Origin: Lophium mytilinum
Taxonomy: Eukaryota
NCBI GenBank assembly: GCA_010093605.1
Contig: MU004198.1
Location: 808,726-872,725 of the forward strand
Reading direction: 5' to 3'
Length of the DNA stretch: 64,000 bases
Positions 1 to 11,599 of the stretch are shown here, piece after piece. The translations under genes and the position numbers were made by a program. Under the pieces are notes generated by a model. That model ran no database searches. It was not told the DNA's origin and saw nothing but the letters and a program-made list of their open reading frames with translations. Numbering within the stretch: position 1 is the stretch's first letter; the number at the start of each line of letters is the position of its first letter.

Positions 1-343
1 AAGGTAGCGGCTGCGGTAGCATACGCAAATTAGTCACAACAATGGAATCCATATTGTAGCATCACAGATTCCCCAGCTCTTCGAGCATACGTGCAAAACG
101 CGAGGCTATTCGGCTAATCGCAGGATGCGGGTGATGTGCTGCAAGGTCTAGAACTCTCCCCTAGCTACAGCATCTTTTCTCGGACTTGTGACCTCAGATT
201 ACATCATCTGCCAAGCGACCATCTTTACGTACGAAAAATCTATCACTCGCATAACCCCTCATTGCCCCTCAATTGACTCAGAGCTGTATCTCCAACCTCA
301 ATTAAACTCTGCATATTCCCGGGATAGCTTCAGAGTTGAAGAA

Positions 344-1249
344 ATGGTCGAAATGACGAACAAAACCCACGAACGTCGCTCCATCCTCATCATCAACCCT
401 AATTCCACTGAGTCAATGACCCGAGGCCTCGAGCCTCTCGTCGATAGCCTCAACTTCAAAGAAGTACATACACCCTTTCACTATTCCCTCTTCCCGCATT
501 TCTCATTTCCTATATCATCCTTTCTGTTCTCTCCAATCCCAACACCACACCAATTGACAGCTTTCCCTATTCCCCATCCCATCAACACCTCCAAGAAACC
601 CAACTAACCCCCCCTCCCCCAGACCAACCACACCTTCTTCACCTCCCCCACCGGCCCCACCAGCATAAACGACGAAACCGACGCCGCCGACTCCGCCCGC
701 CACGCCCTCCCCCACCTGCTCCCGCTCCTCCCCCAGCACTCCGGCTTCCTCGTCGCCTGCTACTCCAAACACCCCCTCGTCCCGCTCCTTAAATCCAAAT
801 CCCCCGCCACCCCCGTCACCGGCATCTTCGAAGCCTCCGTCGCGACGGCCCTGCAGCTCATCGCGCCCGACGAGCGCTTCGGCATCGTCAGCACCGGAAA
901 GGTGTGGGAAGGGATCCTGAGCGAGGCGGTGGCAGACCTCCTGGGGGCCGGCGGCAGCGCGCGGTTTGCGGGGGTGGAGACCACGGGGCTGACGGCGACG
1001 GGGTTGCATGATGCGCCGGCGGAGGAGGTAAGGCGGCGGATGAAAGATGCCGTGAAGAGGCTGTTGAGGAAAGACGGGGCCAGGGTGGGCGCGGTGTGTT
1101 TGGGGTGTGCGGGCATGGCGGGCATGGGGGAGATGGTGCGGGAGGCATGTGTGGAGGAGCTTGGGGAGGAGGGGAGGCGGGTGAGGGTTGTGGACGGGGT
1201 GCAGGCGGGGGTTGCGTGGCTGGAGGGGGCAGTGAGGAGTGATTTTTAG
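344..1249 (+). CDS. DCG1-like Asp/Glu/hydantoin racemase family protein (2 exons; intron 464-622)
   Basis: ILIINPNSTESMT N-terminal motif, FLVACYSKHPLV, GIFEASV, FGIVSTG and VCLGCAGMAG motifs typical of hydantoin racemase/Dcg1. GT at 464, CTAAC at 604 and AG at 621-622 join the ORFs. The start could be ATG 344 or 353. Confidence 0.85.
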
Positions 1250-1693
1250 GTGATGCGGCTTGGTTTCTGGAGTTTTGAGTCTTAAAAAGGACGGGGCTGA
1301 TACGGGTTTTGTACGGTGCATGTTGCGGAGTTATTGGTCATGAACTGCGTTTGAAACTGCTTTGAGGCAGCAAAAGTCAGCTAGATAGCTTGAATAAATT
1401 GTAATGGTACCTCCTAATAAGAGAGCGGAGTAGGTTTGCATACGACTACATGAGTTAGCGCAAAAGACAGTTCCCGACCAGAAGCCAAACGTATCCTCCA
1501 AGCTAAAATGAGAGAACCACCAATACAGCCACCCACGATTAAGCGACACATCTTGGTCCAGCTGTTCATCTTCAGGCGTCTGCGTACACTCTCTACCACT
1601 GCTTATCCACGTTTCCCGGTATCCCTTGATAGACTTCAAGCAGTGGCAACCAGGCGTACACAGATCCAGGACGAGGCAGCGTACATTCCGCAC

Positions 1694-4600
1694 TCACTTC
1701 TCGCCCGAGAAGAGCCCAGCAGCAGCCTCCTTCATGCGGTCGTGGTGTTCAGCCGGAATCCCCGCCGAGGTCGCGAACTCTTCGATTTCTAAGACGAGAT
1801 AGAGTTAGCGGAAGGTCATGGCGAGGACGCAGAGGATGACAACGCATATGAGGAGGTCTAGGTGTAACTGACTTTGGTTCAGGATCGTGTCCTCGGCCTT
1901 GGGCTCAGAGGGCTGAGATGGTGCCTCCTCTGTGGTGGAGCTGGGCTCGGCTTCCTTAGGCGCTTCATCTTGCGGTTTCTCGGCGTCTAGCGTTTGAGGA
2001 ACCTCTGAAGTTGTTGGCTTGGTTGAGGAGGGTTCTTCCGTTGCCTCCTCGGTAGGGGCCAGCTCCTTGGGAACTTCTTCTTGTGGTTTATCGGATTCGA
2101 GGGTCTGAGGGGCCTCTGAGCTTGGCTCGACTGCAGCAGGTTCATCAGATGCCTTTTCAGTGGAAGTGGGTTCTTCGGGCCCTCCTTCTTGCGGGTTTTT
2201 GGATTCAAGCGTCTTGGGGGCCTCGAACGTTGGCTTCACCGAGGCAGGGTCGTCTGCAATCTGCTCAGTGGACGTAGACTCCTTGGGGGCTTCCTCTTGC
2301 GGCTTTTCGGACTCAAGCGTCTGAGGGACTTCTGAGGTGGTTGGCTCAACAAAGGAAGGCTCTTCTGTTGCTTTCTCCGTCTCAAGAGGCGCAGCTTCGG
2401 GCTCTTCAGTAGATGAGGCATTCTTCTCTGGAACCTCTTCTACTGGTTCATCAGCTTTCTCTCCTTCATCTGCAGCTTTCAAGGTGGGTTCTGTCTCTTC
2501 ATTCGTCGGGGCTTCATCGAGTGTCTTTTCTTCGCTTTGCGGAGCTTCCTCGGTCTTCTCAACAGCTGGGCTCTCGTCTAGTGTCTTTTTTTCAAGCTTC
2601 GGTGCAGCTTCCGACTCGGTAGCAGCTGGCGTTTCCTCTGACGTCTCTTTTGTTGGCTCCTCCGATTGCTCTTCGGCTTTCGGGGCATCAACAGCCTCGC
2701 TTGGGTGGCTTTCCTCCTTGGTCTCAGAAGGTGAGGTCTCCTCAATGGCTGAAGGTAAGGGTTCCTCAGTGGTTGAGGGTTGGGACTCTTCTACAGATGG
2801 TGCTTCCTTCTCTTCTACTGTGCTAGGAGGTTCCGCCTCTGTGACCTCCATCTTCTCCTGAGACGGTTCCGGTTCGTCAATGTCCTTGGGCTTGGACAAT
2901 TCCTCAGACGCTGGTTCTACAGCACTCGAAACAGGCTCCTCACCAGCTGTTGTGGGTGCTTCGCTTTCTTGAGTTTCAGGCACACGGGACTCGTCAGCTT
3001 TCTCGTTGCTTGATGCGGCTGGCTCCTCGGCGGGGTTCTCGGCAATTGCCGGCTCCTCCGTGCCGACCTCCTTCGTCTCCCCTAATGTGGTGGGCTCATC
3101 GTCTTTAGCTTTGGGAACTACGTTTTCTTCGATGCTGTCTCCGCCGACAGTCGATGGCTCCTCGACAGCACTAGCAGCAGCTGGTTCTTCGGAATCGATG
3201 TTCTTCTCCGCAGGGGTCTCCTCAGGCTTTTCAACCTCGGGTTCCTCTATAACAGCATCCGACTTCTCAGGAGCGGTAGCTTCGTCTTCTTTCAAGGTCT
3301 CTAGCACTTGTTCTACTTCTGTGGCAGGAGTATCCTCTGGCTGTTCGCCCTTGTGCTCCTTCGTGATAGCATCCGACGTCACAGGAACTGTAGATTCGTC
3401 TTCCTTCAAGGTCTCTGGCACCTGCTCCGGTTCTTTTGCCTCAGGAATCTCTTCTTGCTTGTCACCTGTATCGTGAATGCTGGATTCGTCTTCTTTGAAG
3501 GCGCCTGGCACCTGATCTGGTTCCTTACTTTCAGAAACTTCCTCTTGCTTTTCACTTATCTCAGGTTCTTCGCTCGTGACGGGCTCCTGGGCGGGCTCCT
3601 TTTCAGTGCTGTCAGCGACAACGCTGGATGGCTGCTCCTCGCTGGTCTCAGGTGACTTTATCTCTTGATCAACAGTCTTTGTCTCAGGGGATTCCTCGGA
3701 CTTTTCAATTTCGGACGGACCAGTGGTGTCTTCTGGTTTCTCAGCTGTCTCGCTCTCTTTGTGTTCCAAGCTTTCCGGAATTCCTGCTTCCTCTTTTGGC
3801 TCAGAGGTCTCAGCTATCTCGGGTTTCGCTTCCGGTTCGTCGCTAGCGACGGTGGGTTTGGAAGCTAACTCTACGTCTTCGTCAGCTTCATCCGTGTAAG
3901 ACAATGCATTGTGTCGTCATATGCAGGTTCTTGCAAGGACCACCAACTAAGGAAACCCAGCAAGTTCACCGATGAATCAAAACGAGAAACTTCCATCCCA
4001 TTCAGATGTGTCATGATGTGTTAAAGCACATAGAAGAGCCGCAAGAGAGCGTACATAGACGTATTATGAGATAGTGCTCGACTCGAGCAGCTTACCAGTA
4101 GATTGAGGCTCGTCGCTAGTAAGCGGTTCCTGAACGGACTCCTTGGGTTCGGAGCTCTCGATCTGCTCTCCTTTCGATTCGGGCTCGTCGCTGGCAATGG
4201 GTTCTTGAATCGAGTCATGAGACTTCTACAGATAAGTGTACATATTAGCATACTTTCACAAATTTAGACGATATGGCTAGTGCTAGATGTTTTGACATCT
4301 CTAAATCTTCGAAAATACGTACTTCGACATCTTTCGGTTCCGAGACTTCACTCGGCTCATCTACGGGGTCGGTAGCCTTCTCCTCCTCAATCTCTTTCGG
4401 TGCCTCAGTAGGTATCTCTTCTGCTTTGTGTTCTAGGGGGGTCTCTTCCACAGGCTTGGCAGGCTCGAAGGACTCGATCGGGGCTTGGGATTCGGGCTCG
4501 AGAGGCGCTGCTGGAGCTTGAGTTTCAGGCTCTGGAGTCTCTGCTGGAGCTTTGGATTCGGATTCGGATTCGAGTGGTTCAACTGGAGCTATGGATTCGG

Positions 4601-5111
4601 GCTGGAGGGTCTCTATTGGAGCCGTGGATTCGGGCTCGAGAGATCCTGCTGGAGCTTGGGATTCGGGTTCGAGAGTCTCTGCCGGAGCTTGGGATTCGGG
4701 CGCTGAGGTCTCGATTGGAGCTTGGGATTCGGGCTCGAGGGTCTCAATCGGAGCTTGAGGTTCGGACGTTTGAGGCTCCTCCACTTTGTCGAAGCTTTCT
4801 GGTGCCTCAGACTTCAAGGGTTCCTCTGCAGCTGTCCCCTGTTCAACAGGAGCTGCATCCTCAGCGGGAATCTCAGACTTCGAGATCGATGGTTCTGCAG
4901 TTTCCTCAGGCTTGGTATAGCTTTCAGCCGGTTCTTCGGCAATTGGGAGGCTTTCTGGAGCTTTCTCCTGTGGCTTGGAGTAGCCTTCAATGGGTTCCTG
5001 GGCAGAATCGATCCGCTGGTGGCCCTTGGGAGCCTCCTGCTTCACGTCATCCCCTTCATCGCTCTTGTGGATGTGGAGCTTTTCAGAGATCTTGTCTATG
5101 ATAGAAGGCAT
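1694..5111 (-). CDS. Large Glu/Pro/Ser/Thr-rich low-complexity repeat protein of unknown function (about 4 exons: 5111-4323, 4225-4096, 3870-1873, 1788-1694)
   Basis: Long ORFs 4245-5288 and 1805-3904 share the same composition. Canonical donors (GTACGT, GTAAGC, GTCAGT) and acceptors with branch sites link them. Starts MPSIIDKISEKLHIHK and ends IPAEHHDRMKEAAAGLFSGEK*. Confidence 0.75.
1950..2390 (-). repeat. Coding tandem repeat, ~36-37-aa unit (TEKATEEPS..EPTTSEVPQTLESEKPQEEAPKE), about 4 copies
   Basis: Visible in the translation of ORF 1805-3904. Confidence 0.8.
4470..4760 (-). repeat. Coding tandem repeat, ~33-bp (11-aa) unit PIETLEPESQA, about 8 copies
   Basis: Repeated GGAGCTTGGGATTCGGGCTCGAG blocks on the + strand; the repeat is visible in the translation. 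Confidence 0.85.
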
Positions 5112-6242
5112 TGCTCTGTAGTGATTCGAGACGATTGGACGTAATTTGACAATTGAGAGTGAATATGAGCTTCGCGAAAAGCAATTGGCGGAAATCCAAC
5201 GCAATTGAAGTAGGAAATGGATGGTATTACGACACACCGCTCCTGCAACGGCACGGATGATATAAACTACTGAGCTACCCCACCACACCTACCTTGCTGC
5301 CGCCGCTCGCGCCATCCTCGGCGCAGATGCTGGGCTTGACAGCATCGGCTCCTCCCACGCAACATGGGCGGTCTACTGCGCATCATTCGCACCAGCACAT
5401 ACGAATCAGCATTCGAAAGAGGAGCTGTGCGACACCACAGGCACCGATCACATGGGCATTGGACAGGTCCTTTGCAGAGCTACAGATGGAGGTGTATCTC
5501 CGTTGCTTTTAGGCCAGGAGTGCATACGACGATAAGAGGCGTGCGGTCTGTTGGCGGCGAGAACAGATGAGCGGCGGCGAGAAGAGCCTGTAGGCGGGCG
5601 ACATGTAGGCGATTGGCGTTGTGCTGGCCGTGTTGCTGAGGTCGCGTGCTGGGGAAGGGCGCTATTGGAGTCACCTGGTAGGCGTCAAGGTCGCGTATGA
5701 CGGCGCCATCGAGGCAGCTCGCAGGATTCGGGCGCGTGCGGGCTGGGAACGTGCGTTTCCCCTCATGCTCCCGCATGCTCCCTCCCTTGGATCTGGGGCC
5801 CCAGAGTCGTCATCGCGAGCAGCGAGTGCGGACGTGGCATCCGAGTGGGCATAACAATGGGCGTTACAGGCGGCTGGTGGGATGAATTGTTGATGTGCTG
5901 GCCGTGGGTTGGAGGGCATTTCTGAGCAATAGCGTCGGTTCGAGCTGCCGATTGGGTGGCTCTGTGCGCTGGCGATGCTGAAAACGACCAGTATGCGGTG
6001 AAGACTCCGAGGCACTGCGTCTTAATATGTATAGCTCCATTCGTTGGTAGGACTTGCCACATTCTTCGATACCTTGATGGCTCCTTCGTGGGGGTAGTCT
6101 TGGTATACCAACCTCTCATCGCCGCTGATCTCCAGGCTGAAGGCTGGAGAAGCTATGGGTATGCAGCTCGAGTGCCAACAACGCGAAAACTGACGCAGGG
6201 TCATCGAACTAGTTGGAATCCAGCATAGCGAGGTCCCAATGC

Positions 6243-6444
6243 TGTCACTGATGGCGTGCTCCTCACGTTATCTCTCTATGTGTCGTCATTTTAGGCAGCA
6301 TTATCGAAGTTGAGAGTGTGAGAGTTGCGAGTCCTCGGACCGGATCGGGTGGAGACTTGGGGATCACGATGCCACGTGAATATCCCGTGAGCTGTAGTAC
6401 TCCTACAGCCCACAGGAGCACCATATATATCACGCCCCCTGACA
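6243..6444 (-). mobile_element. Putative solo LTR (202 bp)
   Basis: Bounded by TGTCA...TGACA. The minus strand begins TGTCAGGGGGCGTG, contains GTAGGAGTACTACAGC and ends GTGACA. This resembles the LTR at 12891 (TGTCAGGAGCGT...GTAGGAGCTCCACAGC...GTGA(C)A). No target-site duplication seen. Confidence 0.4.
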
Positions 6445-7094
6445 CCCGATAGTCTAGTGCGCAGTTGAAGCTACAGGGCTACGGTAGAACAGGCTAATAA
6501 TACTATTACTTAGATTGGATTGAGAGTATTGATACCAACTACCATGCCCCTAGCAGGCTATGGTAGTCTTCTGTTCAAAAGCATGGTGTCCCGCTTGTGG
6601 CTCATTATATTGGCTAGGCCACCAAAGGAGGTGAAAGAGTAGTGTATTCAGTGTATTTAAAATGCGCCCTCGAGAACTGAAGGCGAATGACTTACTCCTT
6701 TGAACGATGCGAGCTCGTCCCTCGCGTCAGCCCTTGTGTCTGCATTAGGAATCAATAGATTTTAAGCTTTTACACCGAGGCTGTTGTTATAGCCCTTGTA
6801 AAGATTATCTGCCTCTTCTCCATCCCGTGTGCTCCACAAAGTTACGCATTCTTGTTCATGGATCATACTGAGACGCCGATGGGCACTACCTCGAGCGGCT
6901 GCACGATATCCCGAGGGGTGTCACGGCTCATGCAGCGCCATCACGGCGCCACAACGCCCCTGGTGCCCAGGTGTTGGACTCCAGGTTCCCCGCAGCAACA
7001 CCTCATCTACCTAGTCGTCTTCTGCTCGAGTAATCCGGGGTAAGCTTTTATCCAATCAAATTAAACTTCGCAGCTGTCTCAGCTGCCACACACC

Positions 7095-8535
7095 CACGCG
7101 GGGGACAAAAAAAGCCGTACACCCGAAATGACGCCGCGACCACCAAATGCCTCAACCATCAACTTTGTACGAGGAATACAGCCAAATCAATGGCCAGCAG
7201 CATGCAGATGTTACAGGAGCATAATATGGGACACAAATATACATTCACTAGCTAGTAGCCTATCAATTGGCCGTCCTGATCGATAATAGCCTGCAGCCTC
7301 TCAGGCATTAAGTCCACCTTTTAATTAATAAATAAATAGTCCCTTCTTATCTTATCCTATCCTTCTTAAGCCAATTCTCTTATTATATCCTTATCCCAGT
7401 AAGGGAACTTCTTAATATACTACTTTAGAGGCTGCCAGCAGTTCTTAATAGGGGCTAGATCTAGTGAATTATAATAATTAAAGTATAATTCAAGACTATT
7501 CTCTTCTTTCTACGTCTAAACAATGTTCTTCTTGCCTGTGCTATGCCTAGAATCCCTATCTTCCTCTAAGATAAAGTCCTCTTTAGCATTAAGCTAGGGC
7601 TTTACTATGGTGTTAAGAATATTAATATACCCTACGTATATTATCTTCCTATTCTTGTTGCTTGGAATATTATAGAAATGCAATAGAGATACAAAGTTAT
7701 GGCCGGCAGCAGCCTAAGAATGCAGCCGTTTTTAAGCATTCTCTACCTGCCGATTATCCTCTTGTTAAATGCAATTATAGCAGTAGCGTTTACCTAGTTT
7801 TCGGATAATTCGAAGCTTGCCTGTAGAGTATAAGAATTAGACGCCGAAGTATAAGAATTAGACGCCGAGGCATAAGAAATGTACCTTATAGTCTAATACC
7901 CCAATGGCATTTATCTAAAAAGTAAACTCTCTACTAATTCTCTAGTTCTGGGTACCTCTTAAGCATAACTTTAGCATACTCCTTTTAATCCTTTGCTATA
8001 CTATTACTTACCTATCCTTTCTTATAGGCAATGCACTTGTAATAATCCATCCTGCCTATTGCACGCTTAATAGTCTTGCCAGCTATAATATCCCTATGCT
8101 AATCCTCTATGCCAGCTTTATAGGCTAGCTACTTCTAGCTAAATACTCTTGCTAAGAAGCTATACTCTTTAAGAATACCCTCCATGTTCTTTAGGTCCTG
8201 CCAAGAGATAAGGGACTTCCTGCCCCTATTCTCCTCCACTTCAGGATTATTATAGTGTCTTCTTGGGTAATCTAAGAGCATCCAATAGCCCTTGGTATGG
8301 GACACTTTAAAGTGCCTAAAAACATCCTCCTTTTGCCCCTTTATGCCTTTGGCTTCAAGGAATTTAATGGCCCCTTTAACCTTGGCCTTGACCGGTGTCT
8401 CGTGGTCTAAATGAGCAGCGTTGTCAGCCATGAGTGAATGTAGTTGTGGTGGTGGAGCATCAGGGGCAGGCCAAATTTTGGTGGGGCGGTGTGCCAGCTC
8501 GCTTACGGTGTACGGCTTTTTTTGTCCCCCGCGTG
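7095..8535 (-). mobile_element. Tc1/mariner (Impala-like) DNA transposon, RIP-inactivated
   Basis: Perfect 29-bp inverted repeats CACGCGGGGGACAAAAAAAGCCGTACACC (7095-7123 / 8507-8535) enclose an AT-rich interior with a degraded transposase. Confidence 0.9.
7254..8431 (-). pseudogene. Tc1-type DDE transposase pseudogene
   Basis: Starts MADNAAHLDHETPVKAKVKG. De-RIPed motifs F(S)D(E)CHWG, FILEED.DS.H, S(P)DLAPI(E)NCW and C-terminal LMPERLQAIIDQDGQLIGY*. Many TAA/TAG stops arise from C-to-T changes. Confidence 0.85.
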
Positions 8536-9531
8536 ACACCGTACATTCAACGTTTTGCCTCATTCAAATCTCATACGGATTGTTTTCTTCTCACTCTCCT
8601 TTCGGGCCGTTTCTTATCGACAAGGAAGGCACTAAGGCGGCACTTCTTGAGCTTAGCTAAGGGATCGACGGCCACGCAAGAACTGTGGTCCTGGTGGGTC
8701 CTGAGGAAGGCTCCACAGAGATCTAAGATCCGGCTTATGGAGATTTCCCCTTGCCGATCTACATATCCACGAGGTCGTATCCATTGACTCCTTTCCTCGC
8801 AAACACTATTGCGTGCGAAGGCTCCATGGATGGAAGCTAGTTCTAGCCAATCAGGCTTTCAAGGAAACCTTGACACCGGCTTTACCCTTCTGATGCGCTC
8901 GAGGCTACCTGCTGAGGATCCCCCGGGTGCATGAAAGAGGTGTAGCGGCGTGTCAGCCCAGCCCCGTCGAAGTTACTTTGAGATGATAAGGTTTGACATA
9001 TCCCGTCTTACTTTGCGCTTGTGCAGCGATCTCCTGCTACGCGACTCGCTTCAAGGTCGATCAGGGCCATCCTAACGCGCATCATTCGCTCTCCCAGCCG
9101 TTCTCGCATTGGCGGAATTCTCCGTTTACGGTAAATGTTCCTTGAAGCCAACGCTGATGGAAATCATGGGAAGAACATGCTCCTTCCTTGAATCGCGGGC
9201 GAAAGATCATCACTGCTAACTGGACCCTAGCAGCTCCCGCGCTACCCTCTACCCTGTTCCTGGGGTACAAAGGTAGGCATAACGCGGAGATCTGCAAAGG
9301 CGTCGGCAATTACGAGGAATACCCTTCATGAATGACTAGCAGAATGAGCACAGCTGCCGTGCCACTCAGTTTCGTGAGGTGGGGAGAGCATCTGAAGGAT
9401 TTGCACTTATATCTTGACAGCCCTGGTCCTCACTATGGTCCCTGTCAAAGTGGAGTGCATATACCGACAAGTCGAACTTTGTTGATCTCTTCTATATTTC
9501 TTTTTGCGCGCAAAATATACCTGCGGATACA

Positions 9532-11070
9532 ATGGTGGAACAACATACAAAACAGTCTAGGCAGACTGATGCCTACGCCTGTCTTGCCATTACCTTTTTT
9601 GCAGCTCTCCTGTGCATGGCTTTAAGGCTCGCTGCTAGAAGAGTCACAAAAGTTCCCCTCTGGTATGATGATTGGCTTGGTATCATAGCGTTTGTAAGTG
9701 TGCAGAATCCAAACGTTAGAGGCCACAGGGAACTAAATAGCATATAAGATGTTCGCGATGGTCTGGTCAGGTCTCCTGATATGGTGTAAGTATTTAACAT
9801 CTGATCCTCTCCTGCGTAATTCTGACCGGAACAGGGCTCCAATCCGGATTCGGGCTCTTTCTTATTGAAATTGACATGCCTGTCGACCAAGTCCTTGAGA
9901 GATCTAAACTCATTCTTTGGAACGCCGAGATTTTCTACGCCTTTTCTCTCGCTTTTTCTAAACTCTCCATCCTCGCATTCTACTGGCGTATGTTCAAGAA
10001 CTCCAACATCAAGAAACCTATCATAGTACTCTTTGTCAGCGCTATAGTCTGGCTAATTTTGCGGGTAAGTGAGCCAGAGGAGGTCCATAATCCAGATGCT
10101 AATCTACCGTCAAAAGACATTCATGGCCATCTTCCACTGCGTCCCTGTGCAAGCTTTCTGGAAGAGCAACGTCAAAGGGACCTGCAACATCAATGACTCC
10201 AAGTTCTTTTTTGGCACCGTGCTAGCTCACTTGATTATCGACATTGCTATTCTCATCTTGCCGATTATGCAAATTCGAAAGCTGCAGCTACCAATAACGA
10301 AAAAGGCTGCCGTCATCGCCATGTTCATGTTCGGTTTCTTGTGAGTATATCCTTTTATCGCCTGGTGACTGCCAATGTCTTACCCAAAAACACTCACTAA
10401 TTAACAACTCAATGCAGCGTCTGCATCGCCTCCATCGTCGTTCTTAGCGAATCCCTGAAATACGACACCAGCTCCCCAGAAATGGCATGGAATGTCGCCC
10501 CTATCATCATCTGGGCGACAGCTGAAGTAAACCTTGCTATTGTTTCTGGTACGTGCTCCAGTCCCCCTCTTTACCCCCCATACCCAGTTCACCTAGCCCT
10601 TCAACCTCAAGCCAACCCAGACTAACCTCCAAACAGCCTGCCTCCCTATGCTCCGCCCTATATGGCTCCTTGCAACCCGCCACTCCCTCAGCAAAGGCAC
10701 CTCCTCAGGCAATAACGGCCCCTACGCAGCCCAGTCCTCTGACATGTTCACGCACCAAGCGTCTGCCGGCGGCAAAGAACTCGGGACTATCACCATCAAC
10801 AAGAAATCGCGCGCTTCTGATGAAGAGGGAGACGGCGACTCAACGTACAAGCTCGCCAGTTCGTCGCACCGTGAGGGTTCGATTAGCGATAACTCCGACT
10901 ACCATGGGTATACCCATGATGGAAACTTACATGGGCCTAGTACGGTCATTACTGGTCAGAATAGGAGTGGGGAAGATAGAGATGCGGAGGAGAGCTGGGC
11001 GGGAATTGGAGGCATGAGGGGCATCGTCGTGACCAACGAGATCGGTGTCAGGGTTAGTCGGGCGAAGTGA
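9532..11070 (+). CDS. PTH11-like (fungal rhodopsin domain) integral membrane protein, 6 exons, no CFEM domain seen
   Basis: LRLAARR..LWYDDW, KLSILAFYWRMF, FHCVPVQAFW, DIAILILP..I.KLQLP..KK, WATAEVNLAIVSACLP.LRP motifs. Introns at ~9694-9748, 9786-9834, 10065-10116, 10341-10418, 10548-10635. Confidence 0.88.
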
Positions 11071-11599
11071 GGGTGATATGGAAGAGTGTGAGTTGGCAGA
11101 AAGGATACTATGGGTGCGTTTCTTTCCTTTATTTCGGATTTTGATTGCATTCGGTATACCCACTTTACTTTACCTGCCCGATGGGTAGGTATGCTATGGA
11201 CTGCATAGGTTAGATATGAACAGCTTTTCTACAAAATTTACCATCGAACAAGTAACATATCACATGATAATTCACCTCAGATCTCCCCGCCAGACCTTCT
11301 TGGCCTCGGTCAACTGAGTGCGGATTTCATCATTACAACCTCACATCTTCCCACCTCCCACGCCTTTCACAGAATCTCTCCTGTGTAGGTTGAGTACGGC
11401 GGCGTAAGTCTTCTGGATTGTGGCGCTTGCGACCTCTGCGCCTGCGCCTGCGCCAAATCGCACACCTTCTTGACTAGACACCCCGCGTTAGTCGCACGCG
11501 GCACCCTTGACTCTGTTCCGACATGTCTGAACGGGCGGCACAGTGGGGATGGGGCACAGCTGATGGGCTGCCGAAACAAGCCGCGATTGGAGTTTCCTC

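Noticed and set aside
515..1321. 268-aa minus-strand ORF
   Set aside because: Antisense shadow of the skewed DCG1-like coding sequence.
2337..3476. Ser-rich + strand ORFs
   Set aside because: Antisense of the Glu-rich repeat protein.
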